DNA from: an uncultured Erysipelotrichaceae bacterium
GTDB taxonomy: Bacteria > Bacillota_I > Bacilli_A > RF39 > UBA660
Reading direction: 5' to 3'
NCBI GenBank assembly: GCA_902767365.1
Contig: CACXGX010000089.1
Location: 1 to 51,176 of the forward strand
DNA: 51,176 nucleotides
How positions within the stretch are numbered: the stretch's first letter is position 1; each line of letters begins with the position of its first letter. The notes beneath the pieces were generated by a model, which was not told the DNA's origin, searched no databases, and worked only from the letters and a program-made list of their open reading frames with translations. Position numbers and translations under genes: made by a program. This document shows positions 36,263-45,837 of this stretch, in pieces.

Positions 36263-36535
36263 ATGAAAAAGAAAATTGTAATTATAATTAGTTTACTATT
36301 AGTTATATGGCTATTTTTGTTAATTGTTAATCTTATGAAAGTAAATAATAAGCAAAAACCAGTAATGTGTTTTACTTCAAATCTAAAAAAAGATGGAGGC
36401 TCTGGACACTATATATGTTTAGGATATTCTTTTGACATTGAAGGAGATTTTAATCCAGAATCAAATAATTATGGAATAAATAAATATAGTTTTAGTTTTT
36501 TTGGAATTAAAATAGTTAAAGAAAAACATATTTAA
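36263..36535 (+). CDS. small N-terminally anchored hypothetical protein (90 aa)
   Basis: TM IVIIISLLLVIWLFLLIV; own extended -10 (TGTTATAAT, 36220-36228); followed by a hairpin plus T-run. Confidence 0.5.
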   Translation: MKKKIVIIISLLLVIWLFLLIVNLMKVNNKQKPVMCFTSNLKKDGGSGHYICLGYSFDIEGDFNPESNNYGINKYSFSFFGIKIVKEKHI

Positions 36536-36814
36536 TTATAATTGTTTAAGTATTAACAAGTATCAATAAGGTACTTGTTTTTTTTATGTAAAAATCAACT
36601 AGCAAAAAAAGAGAATTGTGTATCTAATTTAGAGATTACAAAAAGGACCAAATTTGTCCTAAAGTAGCAATTTAAGGTTATATGAGAATGATTATTATTT
36701 GTTATTTTTAAATTGTAGAAGTCTATTCTATGGATTGGATGGTGGTTTTTAATGACTTAAAATTTAATAACATTTTATAAAAAAATATGTAATGATTCAA
36801 AGGAGGTATGATTT

Positions 36815-37441
36815 ATGAATGAATATGATTACATAATAGATGCATTTACAAGAGACGGAAATAATACAAATTTAGAAGTAGATAATTTAACAGTAGGATG
36901 TATATCATCTGCAAACAACAATTTTAGTTTAGATAGTAGTGGAAATTTAACAGTAAACTCAATTACAACACAAAGTGGGCCAACTATCGATTTTGATTCA
37001 ATTTATCCAATTGGTTCAATTTATTTAACTGTTGGAAGTGTAAGCCCAGCAACATTATTTGGTGGTACATGGGAAAGAATAAAAGATTGTTTTTTATTGG
37101 CAGCGGGTGATACATATCAAGCTGGAAGTTCAGGTGGAGAAAGTACTCATGCTTTAACAATAAATGAAATGCCAAATCATAGCCATACAAATAGTGTTAC
37201 AACAAATGGTGGACATAGTCATACAGGACATACAAAAGAAGTAAGAGCTCAAGTAAGTGGACAACCATCAAGTGATTGTGCAAGAAATATCAGTTCGTCT
37301 TATGATCATAGTGGAATTACTATCACAGATGCCGCTGGTTCTCACTCACATTCTGTTACAATCAATAATGCTGGAGGTGGAGTAGCGCATAATAATATGC
37401 CACCATATTTAACAGTATATATTTGGAAAAGAACAGCATAG
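36815..37441 (+). CDS. phage tail-collar domain protein (MdpB/tail-fibre-like)
   Basis: IYPIGSIYLTV..PATLFGGTWERI...GGESTHALTINEMPNHSH..HSH..HNNMPPYLTVYIWKR is the tail-collar signature; no signal peptide; SD AAAGGAGG. Confidence 0.8.
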   Translation: MNEYDYIIDAFTRDGNNTNLEVDNLTVGCISSANNNFSLDSSGNLTVNSITTQSGPTIDFDSIYPIGSIYLTVGSVSPATLFGGTWERIKDCFLLAAGDTYQAGSSGGESTHALTINEMPNHSHTNSVTTNGGHSHTGHTKEVRAQVSGQPSSDCARNISSSYDHSGITITDAAGSHSHSVTINNAGGGVAHNNMPPYLTVYIWKRTA

Positions 37442-37450
37442 AGGTTAAAT

Positions 37451-40400
37451 ATGATAGAGTTAATTGATAAAAGGAAACCTAATGAAAAGTATTATTTAAA
37501 AGATAATGGAAATTGTGAAGTTCATATATTTAACCATAATGTACACTTTTTTAGAGATGGAAAATATGAAGAGATAAGTAACATTTTAGTTGAAAATCAA
37601 GATTTAATTGAAGTTAATAATCGTGAAATTAAAATATCATTTGATAAAAAAGATGGTTCAATAAAATATATGAAAGAGGGAAAATATTTAAAAGTAATAC
37701 CTTATACGTTTAAGCCAAATGATTATGTTATTGAACTTAATGGAAAAGAAAGTAGCAAGATTAAGTTTTTATCAGATAATGTTGATTTAGAATATATTAT
37801 ATCTTCTGGAACAGTAAAAGAAAATATAATTATAAAAAATGAAATAAAATATAATATGATTGAATATATACTAGATAGTAATCTTAATTTAGTAATAGAA
37901 AAAAACAAACTAATTGCTTTTCAAAAAAATGTTAAAATATTTGAATTTATACCACCATATATGAAAGATGCAAATGGTGTTGAAAGTAATGATACTAAAT
38001 ATGAATTGCAAAAGGAAAAATTGACTATAAATTTTGATAAAAAATGGATAAATAGCTCAAAAAGAAAATACCCAGTTGTCATAGATCCAACAATAATAGA
38101 AAAGGGAACTAATGCAGAAGACACTTATATATATGATGGAGATACATCTGATGTTAGGTATAATCGAGAATATCTAATTGCAGGAGTACAAAAAGTAAAT
38201 AATCAAGATAGAGTTAATAGAGCTCTTATAAAATTTAATTTACCTGATCTTGGAACTTGTGACGAAATAATACGAGCAGAATTAAGAATAATTGGATTTT
38301 ACAAAACCGAAACAGGAAATAATGATTATAAAACGTTAACTATTCATCAGATAACTACTGCATGGGATGAAACAACAGCGACTTGGAGTAACATGCAAAA
38401 TAATTATAATAATGAAGCTGAAGCAGTAGCATATATAATGAGAAGTATATATGATTCTTCCAATCCACAAGAATCAATTTATCAACAAAGTTTAACCCCT
38501 TGTTTAATCACTGATTTAGTCAAAAAATGGTATCAGAATACACCAAATAATGGCATTTTAATAAAACAATCTAGAGAAGAATATATTGATAATGTACCTC
38601 CAATTTTATTTTCAAGTAATTGTGGGATAAATTCTTTAAGCCCATGTTTGATAATTGAATATAGAAAAGGAAATGGTCTTTTATCTTACATGGACTATAA
38701 TACACAAAATTACACAAATGGTAAGACTAATATAAATACATTTAATGGTAATTTAAATGCAACGTTTGATGTTGCGTCTACAATAGGACTGTTTCCTGCA
38801 GTATTAGGAATAACTTACAATACAAATGATGTAGTGAATAATTATAATACACAATATGGACTTGGGTATAGTTTAACATTAGATGAAACAATAAGGAATA
38901 TAAACATATCTAATGTAAATAAGTTGGAATATAGAGATAGAACAGGGGCAATTTATTATTTTTCTTTAAATGGAGATAAATATCATGATGAGGATGGATT
39001 ATTTTTAGAAATATTATATGATGATAATAATAACAATTATATCTTAAATGATAAAAATGGTAATAAAATGACTTTTACTCAATATGGTAATACATATTAT
39101 CTAAGTAATATCAAAGATTTAAGAAATTATGAAATAAATATAATAAGAAATACCAATGGTATAGTAACAAAGGTTATAGACTACAATAATAATGAAATAA
39201 ATATTAGCTACGAATCTAATAGTATTATTTTTACATCACCAAGTGAAACTACTACATTAAATTTTCAAAATAATATTTTACAAAATATAGTGACTAAGGA
39301 TGGTATAACTTCATTTTCATATAATTCAAATAACCTTATTACAAAAATAATTGATGTAACTGGATTGTCAATTGAATATAATTACTACTTAAAAAAGCCA
39401 TATAAAATACAGAGCATAGTACATTATGGGTTAAATAATGCAGAAGGAGAAAGCTTGTACTTTGAATATAGAAATTTAAGTACAATTATAACAAATAGTA
39501 ATGGGATAATAATTACAAATATATATAATTATTATGGAAATCTAATATCATCAAATATTTTGCCTAACAATGGTAATTTAAATGAAATGTATTCTATATC
39601 AAAAACATATGGAGAAGAAAATGATAATATAAATAAGATTTTGCATAAGATTATTCCAGTGAAATTTTCAAAAAATTTCTTTAAAATTACAAATCAATTT
39701 AATATGTATAGTGTTACGGATGTTTCAAACTATATGGAATATGATGACGAAATAGATAGTAATTATACTGGTGCTGGACTAGTTAAATTTATAAGTACAA
39801 CTATTAATCAACATGCAGTGTCATCTTTTGAACTGACTAGTAATAAAACTTATACACTAAGTTTAGATATTAAATCAAGTTCAAATTCTAAAATATCATT
39901 TTATTATGATGGTAATGAGGAAAATCCATTATTTGAAAAAGATATAAATGCAAATAGTGACTATCAAAAATTATTTTTTACTTTCAATAAAACAAATATA
40001 AATAATTTGATAATGCACTTATATCATCAAAATATATGTGAAACATACATAGGTGACATTAATATTACAGAAGGAGAAATGTTAAATAATTGCAATTTAA
40101 TAGATAATTCAGATTTTTCCAATGGAACAGATGGTTGGAGTACAACAGTTTTTAGTTATGGAGATTATACTTTACCAAGTGTAAATAGTGTTTTTTCGGT
40201 AGTTGATATTGACAATTTTTCAAATAAAGCTTTAAAAGTATCTATGGATCCATATTATGGAAGCAAAATTACAAAAAATATAGATGTTTCAGGAACAAAT
40301 GATCAATTATATTATCTATCATTTTGGTACAAAAATAATGGTGTTGAGACAAGCAATATATCAGGACCTGGTAGTGCCATAGGAAATTCAGTTGGAGTGT

Positions 40401-43400
40401 ATTTTCAACCATTATATGGAGAAGCAGAATATTGTATTCAAACTTATGAGTTAAACTCAAATAAAGGGGTATGGCAATATTTTTCTCTTCCTTTTAGTCC
40501 AAGTGAATCATTTAAAAAAATAATAATCATTCTTAATCAAGGAAGACAGTCTGGTGAATTATTTATTACAAATTTTTCATTATATAAAGGCATAAAGACA
40601 AATAAATACACATATGATGAAAATCAAAATATTGTAGAAGTTAGTAGTTTGTCAAATAATAATATTTTTAGCTATGATAATGTCAATGAGCTTGTAAATA
40701 TATCAGATACAAGAGGGAAAAATTTTAAATTAGAATATGATAATAATTATCGTAATAGAATTATCAGAGCTATTTCGACATCGGGTATATCAAATAAAAT
40801 AAAATATGATAATCATGGAAATAAGGTAGAAACTAGAATTTCAAAAGAATATAGTAATGAGATTGATACAGGTTATTATAAGATTAGACAAAAAGGAGCA
40901 AGTGACTATATTAAACTTCAAGCCAATACTATTACTTTAATGCATGATTATTGTAGTAATTCAGTATTCAAAATTGAAAAGATAAATAATGATTTTAGAA
41001 TTAGAGATGCTGCAATACAAAATAGATATTTATCAGAGTTAAATGGCATGTTAGTAATAAGTAATAATGAAAATAATACATTTAAATTAGAAAAAAACAA
41101 TAATTCTAGTTATCATATATATACGGAAGACAACAATCAAAATAAAAAGTATTTAAAATGGATAAATAACCATTTTGAGTTTGTAAGTAATTACTCTGAT
41201 ATTGAAGATAATTATTTGTATGAGTATTATTTTGAAGATCAAACAAAAAAGTTTTTTTCAAATGAGGCAACATATTCAAGTGATGGTAGATTTTTAACAA
41301 GTATAAAAGATACGCTCCTAAAAGAAACTGTATTTACAACAAATTCAATTAACGGGCTTATAACAAAAATAAAAAAACCAAATAATATAGAAATAAATTA
41401 TACATATAATAATAAAGAAATGATATCCCAAATATCGTGCGGAAACAAGCAAGTAAATTATTCATATAATAATCAAAATTTATTATCAAATATAATAAGC
41501 GGAAATAAAAATTATAAGTTATTCTATGATGACTTTTTGAATATTAGTAACATTATGATTAATAACAGAAATATAATAACTAATACATATGGTCAAAATA
41601 ATGGAAGTTTATTATCTTCAACATATGGTAACAATAATGCTATAAGTTACCAATATGATTCTTTTGAAAGAATAAAAAAAATAACTAAAGAAGATAATGT
41701 CTATGAATATTTTTATAATAATAATGGTAATGTTTATAAAATTAAAGATAATATAGATGATATTAATTATGTATATGATAATGAAAACAGGGTGATTGAG
41801 TATAGAAAAGGACTTTTTTCAATAAAATATAAATATGATAATGAAAATAATATAATTCAAAAAATTGTAAAGGAAAACAATTTGTCTAAAACTATAAACA
41901 ACACATTTAGTATTGAAGGACAATTAACAGAGACAAATTTAGATGATACAAACATAAAATATACTTATGATGATCTTTTAAGATTAACTTGTAAGAAAAT
42001 AAATAATAGTTATGAAACTAAATATGATTATGTTTCAATTGGCAATAGGACTTCATCAATTATAAAATCGATGACAAATGGTCAAAATAAGTATTCATAT
42101 GAATATGACAATATGTATAATGTTACAAAAATATATTTAAATAATATATTATTATATCATTTTATCTATGATGATTATAACGAATTAATTGTTTCTGAAG
42201 ATTATAAAAATAATATTAAATATGAGTATGTATATGATAATGGTGGTAATATTTTATCAAAGACTAAAAAGAATTTAACAACAGGAGTAACAATAAGTTC
42301 AGATTCGTTTGAGTATAATGATTCAAGTTGGGAAGATTTATTAACTAAATATAATAACGAATCTATTACTTATGATACAATTGGTAATCCGGTTTCTATT
42401 GGTAATAAAGTTTTAACATGGAAAAATGGAAGACAATTAGCTTCCTATACTAACAACAATTATTCTATTTTATACAAGTATAATTTAAATGGTGTAAGAA
42501 CAGAAAAAGTTGTTAATAACGTTAAAACAGAATATTGTTTGGAAAATAACAAGATAATTTTTGAAAAAACAGGAGATATTATTATTTATTATTTATATTC
42601 AGATGAAGAGATTATTGGATTTGTTTATAATAATAACAAATATTATTATATAAAGAATTTGCAAAAAGATATAATTGGTATACTTAATTCAAGTAATGAT
42701 TTACTAGTCAGTTATGAATATGACGCATATGGAAATATTTTGAGTATAAAAGATTCAAATAATCAAAACATAGTAGATCAAACACATATTGGTATAATTA
42801 ATCCGTTTAGGTATAGAGGATACTATTATGACAAAGAAACGAATCTCTATTATCTAAATTCAAGATACTATAACCCTGAATGGGGAAGATTTCTTAATGC
42901 TGATTTTGCATTTGGAGAAAACAAAGATATTTTTTCATATAATCTATTTGCCTACGTATCTAATTCACCAATCACATATATAGATGTTGATGGATATGGA
43001 AGAACTGTTGTTATAGTTTATAATGGAGGTAAAAAGTTAACTTTACAAGCTGAATATTCAGAATATTTTGTAACAGGAGACTTAGATGTTGAAATGTATT
43101 ATGTTGTATATGTAGACGATTTTGTCGAGGTATGGAATGATTTAAAGGGTAGAGAGGACATAGATAGAATCTACTTATATTTACATGGTATTGAAGGAGC
43201 ACTTACTTTCTATGGAAAAGAAGAAATACTATATTCAAGTGAGATGAATGATCTTGAATATATTCAAGTAAATGATTTAGTTGCATTATTTAGTTGTTAT
43301 GGTGGAAAGGGAACTGATACAGAAGTAAGTGTTGCAAAAAAATTATCGACAAAAACAAATGCTCCTGTACATGCAAATACTGGAAAAGTTTCATATGGCA

Positions 43401-43570
43401 AAGAAAATGGAAGATATTATGCAAGAAGTGCAAAAAATCCATTTGTATCAGGTAATTGGATTGTAGAAAAAACAAGTAAGTTTACTGTTACGTTAGTTGA
43501 CAATATCGTAAAGACTATATATAATTTCATTAGTAAGGTTACTAAAAATATTTTGAGCCTTTTGAGGTGA
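37451..43570 (+). CDS. RHS/YD-repeat polymorphic toxin (2039 aa) with DNRLRE-like N-terminal region and CHAT-like C-terminal toxin domain
   Basis: Many YD repeats (YEYDAYGNILSIKD, YVYDNGGNILSK, KYDNHGNKVE). RHS core end is PFRYRGYYYDKETNLYYLNSRYYNPEWGRFLNAD...SPITYIDVDGYG. A 189-aa C-terminal domain follows (43001-43567). No signal peptide or LXG domain. Confidence 0.9.
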   Translation: MIELIDKRKPNEKYYLKDNGNCEVHIFNHNVHFFRDGKYEEISNILVENQDLIEVNNREIKISFDKKDGSIKYMKEGKYLKVIPYTFKPNDYVIELNGKESSKIKFLSDNVDLEYIISSGTVKENIIIKNEIKYNMIEYILDSNLNLVIEKNKLIAFQKNVKIFEFIPPYMKDANGVESNDTKYELQKEKLTINFDKKWINSSKRKYPVVIDPTIIEKGTNAEDTYIYDGDTSDVRYNREYLIAGVQKVNNQDRVNRALIKFNLPDLGTCDEIIRAELRIIGFYKTETGNNDYKTLTIHQITTAWDETTATWSNMQNNYNNEAEAVAYIMRSIYDSSNPQESIYQQSLTPCLITDLVKKWYQNTPNNGILIKQSREEYIDNVPPILFSSNCGINSLSPCLIIEYRKGNGLLSYMDYNTQNYTNGKTNINTFNGNLNATFDVASTIGLFPAVLGITYNTNDVVNNYNTQYGLGYSLTLDETIRNINISNVNKLEYRDRTGAIYYFSLNGDKYHDEDGLFLEILYDDNNNNYILNDKNGNKMTFTQYGNTYYLSNIKDLRNYEINIIRNTNGIVTKVIDYNNNEINISYESNSIIFTSPSETTTLNFQNNILQNIVTKDGITSFSYNSNNLITKIIDVTGLSIEYNYYLKKPYKIQSIVHYGLNNAEGESLYFEYRNLSTIITNSNGIIITNIYNYYGNLISSNILPNNGNLNEMYSISKTYGEENDNINKILHKIIPVKFSKNFFKITNQFNMYSVTDVSNYMEYDDEIDSNYTGAGLVKFISTTINQHAVSSFELTSNKTYTLSLDIKSSSNSKISFYYDGNEENPLFEKDINANSDYQKLFFTFNKTNINNLIMHLYHQNICETYIGDINITEGEMLNNCNLIDNSDFSNGTDGWSTTVFSYGDYTLPSVNSVFSVVDIDNFSNKALKVSMDPYYGSKITKNIDVSGTNDQLYYLSFWYKNNGVETSNISGPGSAIGNSVGVYFQPLYGEAEYCIQTYELNSNKGVWQYFSLPFSPSESFKKIIIILNQGRQSGELFITNFSLYKGIKTNKYTYDENQNIVEVSSLSNNNIFSYDNVNELVNISDTRGKNFKLEYDNNYRNRIIRAISTSGISNKIKYDNHGNKVETRISKEYSNEIDTGYYKIRQKGASDYIKLQANTITLMHDYCSNSVFKIEKINNDFRIRDAAIQNRYLSELNGMLVISNNENNTFKLEKNNNSSYHIYTEDNNQNKKYLKWINNHFEFVSNYSDIEDNYLYEYYFEDQTKKFFSNEATYSSDGRFLTSIKDTLLKETVFTTNSINGLITKIKKPNNIEINYTYNNKEMISQISCGNKQVNYSYNNQNLLSNIISGNKNYKLFYDDFLNISNIMINNRNIITNTYGQNNGSLLSSTYGNNNAISYQYDSFERIKKITKEDNVYEYFYNNNGNVYKIKDNIDDINYVYDNENRVIEYRKGLFSIKYKYDNENNIIQKIVKENNLSKTINNTFSIEGQLTETNLDDTNIKYTYDDLLRLTCKKINNSYETKYDYVSIGNRTSSIIKSMTNGQNKYSYEYDNMYNVTKIYLNNILLYHFIYDDYNELIVSEDYKNNIKYEYVYDNGGNILSKTKKNLTTGVTISSDSFEYNDSSWEDLLTKYNNESITYDTIGNPVSIGNKVLTWKNGRQLASYTNNNYSILYKYNLNGVRTEKVVNNVKTEYCLENNKIIFEKTGDIIIYYLYSDEEIIGFVYNNNKYYYIKNLQKDIIGILNSSNDLLVSYEYDAYGNILSIKDSNNQNIVDQTHIGIINPFRYRGYYYDKETNLYYLNSRYYNPEWGRFLNADFAFGENKDIFSYNLFAYVSNSPITYIDVDGYGRTVVIVYNGGKKLTLQAEYSEYFVTGDLDVEMYYVVYVDDFVEVWNDLKGREDIDRIYLYLHGIEGALTFYGKEEILYSSEMNDLEYIQVNDLVALFSCYGGKGTDTEVSVAKKLSTKTNAPVHANTGKVSYGKENGRYYARSAKNPFVSGNWIVEKTSKFTVTLVDNIVKTIYNFISKVTKNILSLLR

Positions 43571-43575
43571 TTTTT

Positions 43576-44568
43576 ATGCGTATTAGATATTTTTACATCG
43601 TTTTGTTAATCATTGTATTTTTTGTTGTTTTTGTGTTTTTTTGGGGAAAAAACACAAAAAATGTAACAATTCATAATGAAACTAATAAAGTAAATTATAT
43701 AAATACTAACAATATTGCCAATAAATCTAATTTAGCCTTCATTAATGATGATGTATTTGTCTATTATTGTGATATTTGTGAAAAAGAGGGGTTGTATTTA
43801 AGATTAAATAAAGATGAAAAAATATTAATTGATATTGGAGACATCTCTAATATAATTATACTTGATGATTGGATATATTATATTAAAACTAATTATATAA
43901 ATGATTATGGACAATATATTCTTTATAGAAGCGATTTTAATGGTGAAAATCGTAGCATTATATTAAAAGATGTTCAAGACGTTCATATTATTGATGGCAA
44001 AATATATTATAGAAAATCATATTTTGCATTGGGTGGAAGCAAAAATATAGAAATGGATGATTTAGGATATATTTATGTTTGTGACATGAATGGTGAAAAT
44101 ATTCAAAAATTGATAGAAGAGAAAACAAACATTTTATCAAATATGCTTGTTTATGAAAATTCAATATACTATGAGATAGATAATAATATAATTCAATATA
44201 ATATAAATAGTAAAAATAGAAAAGTAATATTGTCATTTAAAGATGAACTAAAGAACAAAAGATTTCTAATATGCAATGATATACTTTTAATCAAAAAAAA
44301 TAATAAATTTATTGTATATAACTTAATTACAGAAAAGGAAGAGAAATCCATAGACAATATTGGATATGTAAACTTTTTTACTTTTGATAATAATAAAGTA
44401 TATTTTTTAAAACCAGACAAAACATTGAATATTTATAACTTAGAATTGAATAATATCGAAACTTTTATATATACTGGGATTCAAAACTATATACAAACGT
44501 ATAACAGTAAGCATTATGTAGTATCAGGTGATGGTATTTTTTGCATAGAAGATATTATAAATAATTAA
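43576..44568 (+). CDS. membrane-anchored beta-propeller (DUF5050-like) protein; candidate immunity protein
   Basis: SD GAGGTGA lies within the last RHS codons. N-terminal TM YFYIVLLIIVFFVVFVFFW; repeated ..IYY.. blades (DDWIYYIK, DGKIYYRK, ENSIYYEI, NKVYFLK). Confidence 0.55.
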   Translation: MRIRYFYIVLLIIVFFVVFVFFWGKNTKNVTIHNETNKVNYINTNNIANKSNLAFINDDVFVYYCDICEKEGLYLRLNKDEKILIDIGDISNIIILDDWIYYIKTNYINDYGQYILYRSDFNGENRSIILKDVQDVHIIDGKIYYRKSYFALGGSKNIEMDDLGYIYVCDMNGENIQKLIEEKTNILSNMLVYENSIYYEIDNNIIQYNINSKNRKVILSFKDELKNKRFLICNDILLIKKNNKFIVYNLITEKEEKSIDNIGYVNFFTFDNNKVYFLKPDKTLNIYNLELNNIETFIYTGIQNYIQTYNSKHYVVSGDGIFCIEDIINN

Positions 44569-44581
44569 GTAGGAGATTTTA

Positions 44582-44899
44582 ATGAAAATAACATATATGT
44601 TAATTGTAAGTGTAGTAACATATATTTTAGGCGCTATTAATAAAATGTTTTTTGAAACTTTACCTAATAGGTTTATTCCAATACAAAATGTAATAGTAGG
44701 GTTAATCAGCGGATTTGTTTGCTATTTTGCAAATATTGAAACAAGTTTATTTAATTCAATCATTGTTTGTCTGGTTGCTGCACAAGCTGCAGGAGGTGTA
44801 TCTGATTTATTTCAAACTAATAAAGATACAACTGTAAATGCAATTGGTGATAGCAGTGAAGTATATGATGAGTTAGAAATAAAGGATAAAGATGAATAA
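44582..44899 (+). CDS. holin (phage phi-LC3-family-like)
   Basis: 105 aa, 3 hydrophobic segments, ..NRFIPIQNVIVGLISG..AAQAAGGVSDLFQ.., charged C-terminus; overlaps the endolysin start by 8 nt. Confidence 0.7.
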   Translation: MKITYMLIVSVVTYILGAINKMFFETLPNRFIPIQNVIVGLISGFVCYFANIETSLFNSIIVCLVAAQAAGGVSDLFQTNKDTTVNAIGDSSEVYDELEIKDKDE

Positions 44900-45806
44900 T
44901 ATTGAATTTGCAAACAAGGCAAGAAGTATCGCTATAAATTATAAAACATTATATATTTTAGGGTGTTTTGGAGCACCACTAAATAATAGTAATAAAAAGA
45001 GATATAGTAATAATTATGATTATAATAGAAGAAGTGTTAGAAAAGAAAAAATAATGAACGCTTCTTCTGATACCTTTGGGTTTGATTGTGTTTGTTTAAT
45101 TAAAGGCATTCTATGGGGATGGAGTGGAAATAAAAGCCATATCTACGGAGGTGCTGACTATAATATTTCAAAAATACCAGGTAAATGCCCTGATTATAAT
45201 GCTGATCAGATGATCAAACAATGTACATCAATTTCTACTGATTTTAGTAGTATTGAAATAGGAGAAATTGTTCATATACCTGGACATGTTGGAATATATG
45301 TTGGTGCCGGATTAATTGCTGAATGTACACCAATTTGGAAAGATGGTGTCCAGTTAACTGCTTTGCTTAATATTAGTTCTAAAGTAGGATATAATGGTAG
45401 AACTTGGAAAGAACATGGAAAACTAAAATACGTTGACTATGGTTCAAGTAATGAGCCTAATAAAAAGAGTATTGATGAAATAGCTAGAGAAGTTATAGAA
45501 GGCATTTGGGGAAATGGTGAAGAAAGAAAGAAAAAACTTCAAAATGCAGGATATGATTATAATGAGGTTCAAAAAAGAGTTAATGAATTATTAGGGAATA
45601 ATTCGAATTCTAGTCAAGAATACTATCCAAAATCAAATTATAAAGGTAATAGTATAGTAGATGCTTTAAAAGAGTTAGGAATAGACTCAAGTTTCAAAAA
45701 CAGAAAGATAATTGCAAATAAAAATGGAATAAGTTTTTATTTAGGTACACCTAGTCAAAATACAAAGTTATTACAGTTACTAAAAAACGGAAAATTAAAA
45801 AAATAA
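44892..45806 (+). CDS. endolysin: NlpC/P60-type endopeptidase with Cpl-7 (CW_7) and C-terminal wall-binding repeats
   Basis: Cys context FGFDCVCLIKGILWGW and His context GHVGIYVG; Cpl-7-like IAREVIEGIWGNGEERKKKLQNAGYDYNEVQKRVNELL; terminal ..NGISFYLGTPSQNTKLLQLLKNGKL. Confidence 0.8.
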   Translation: MNNIEFANKARSIAINYKTLYILGCFGAPLNNSNKKRYSNNYDYNRRSVRKEKIMNASSDTFGFDCVCLIKGILWGWSGNKSHIYGGADYNISKIPGKCPDYNADQMIKQCTSISTDFSSIEIGEIVHIPGHVGIYVGAGLIAECTPIWKDGVQLTALLNISSKVGYNGRTWKEHGKLKYVDYGSSNEPNKKSIDEIAREVIEGIWGNGEERKKKLQNAGYDYNEVQKRVNELLGNNSNSSQEYYPKSNYKGNSIVDALKELGIDSSFKNRKIIANKNGISFYLGTPSQNTKLLQLLKNGKLKK

Positions 45807-45837
45807 ATAGTTGAGATTAATTCTCAACTATTTTTTT
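45807..45837. terminator. bidirectional hairpin terminator between the endolysin (+) and the XRE gene (-)
   Basis: ATAGTTGAGA-ttaat-TCTCAACTAT flanked by an A-run (5') and a T7 run (3'). Confidence 0.7.

Noticed and set aside
37451-43570. The RHS protein as a substrate of the T7SS encoded at the left of the window
   Set aside because: There is no LXG or WXG-like N-terminal domain. The gene is more than 32 kb from essC, on a separate mobile element, and is operonic with a holin/endolysin pair. Kept only as an alternative export hypothesis.
36815-45806. A complete or cryptic prophage explaining the tail-collar, holin and endolysin genes
   Set aside because: No terminase, portal, capsid, tail tube/tape-measure, integrase or repressor module is adjacent. 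The genes on both sides belong to ICE cargo or regulation. A phage-derived origin for these parts remains likely.
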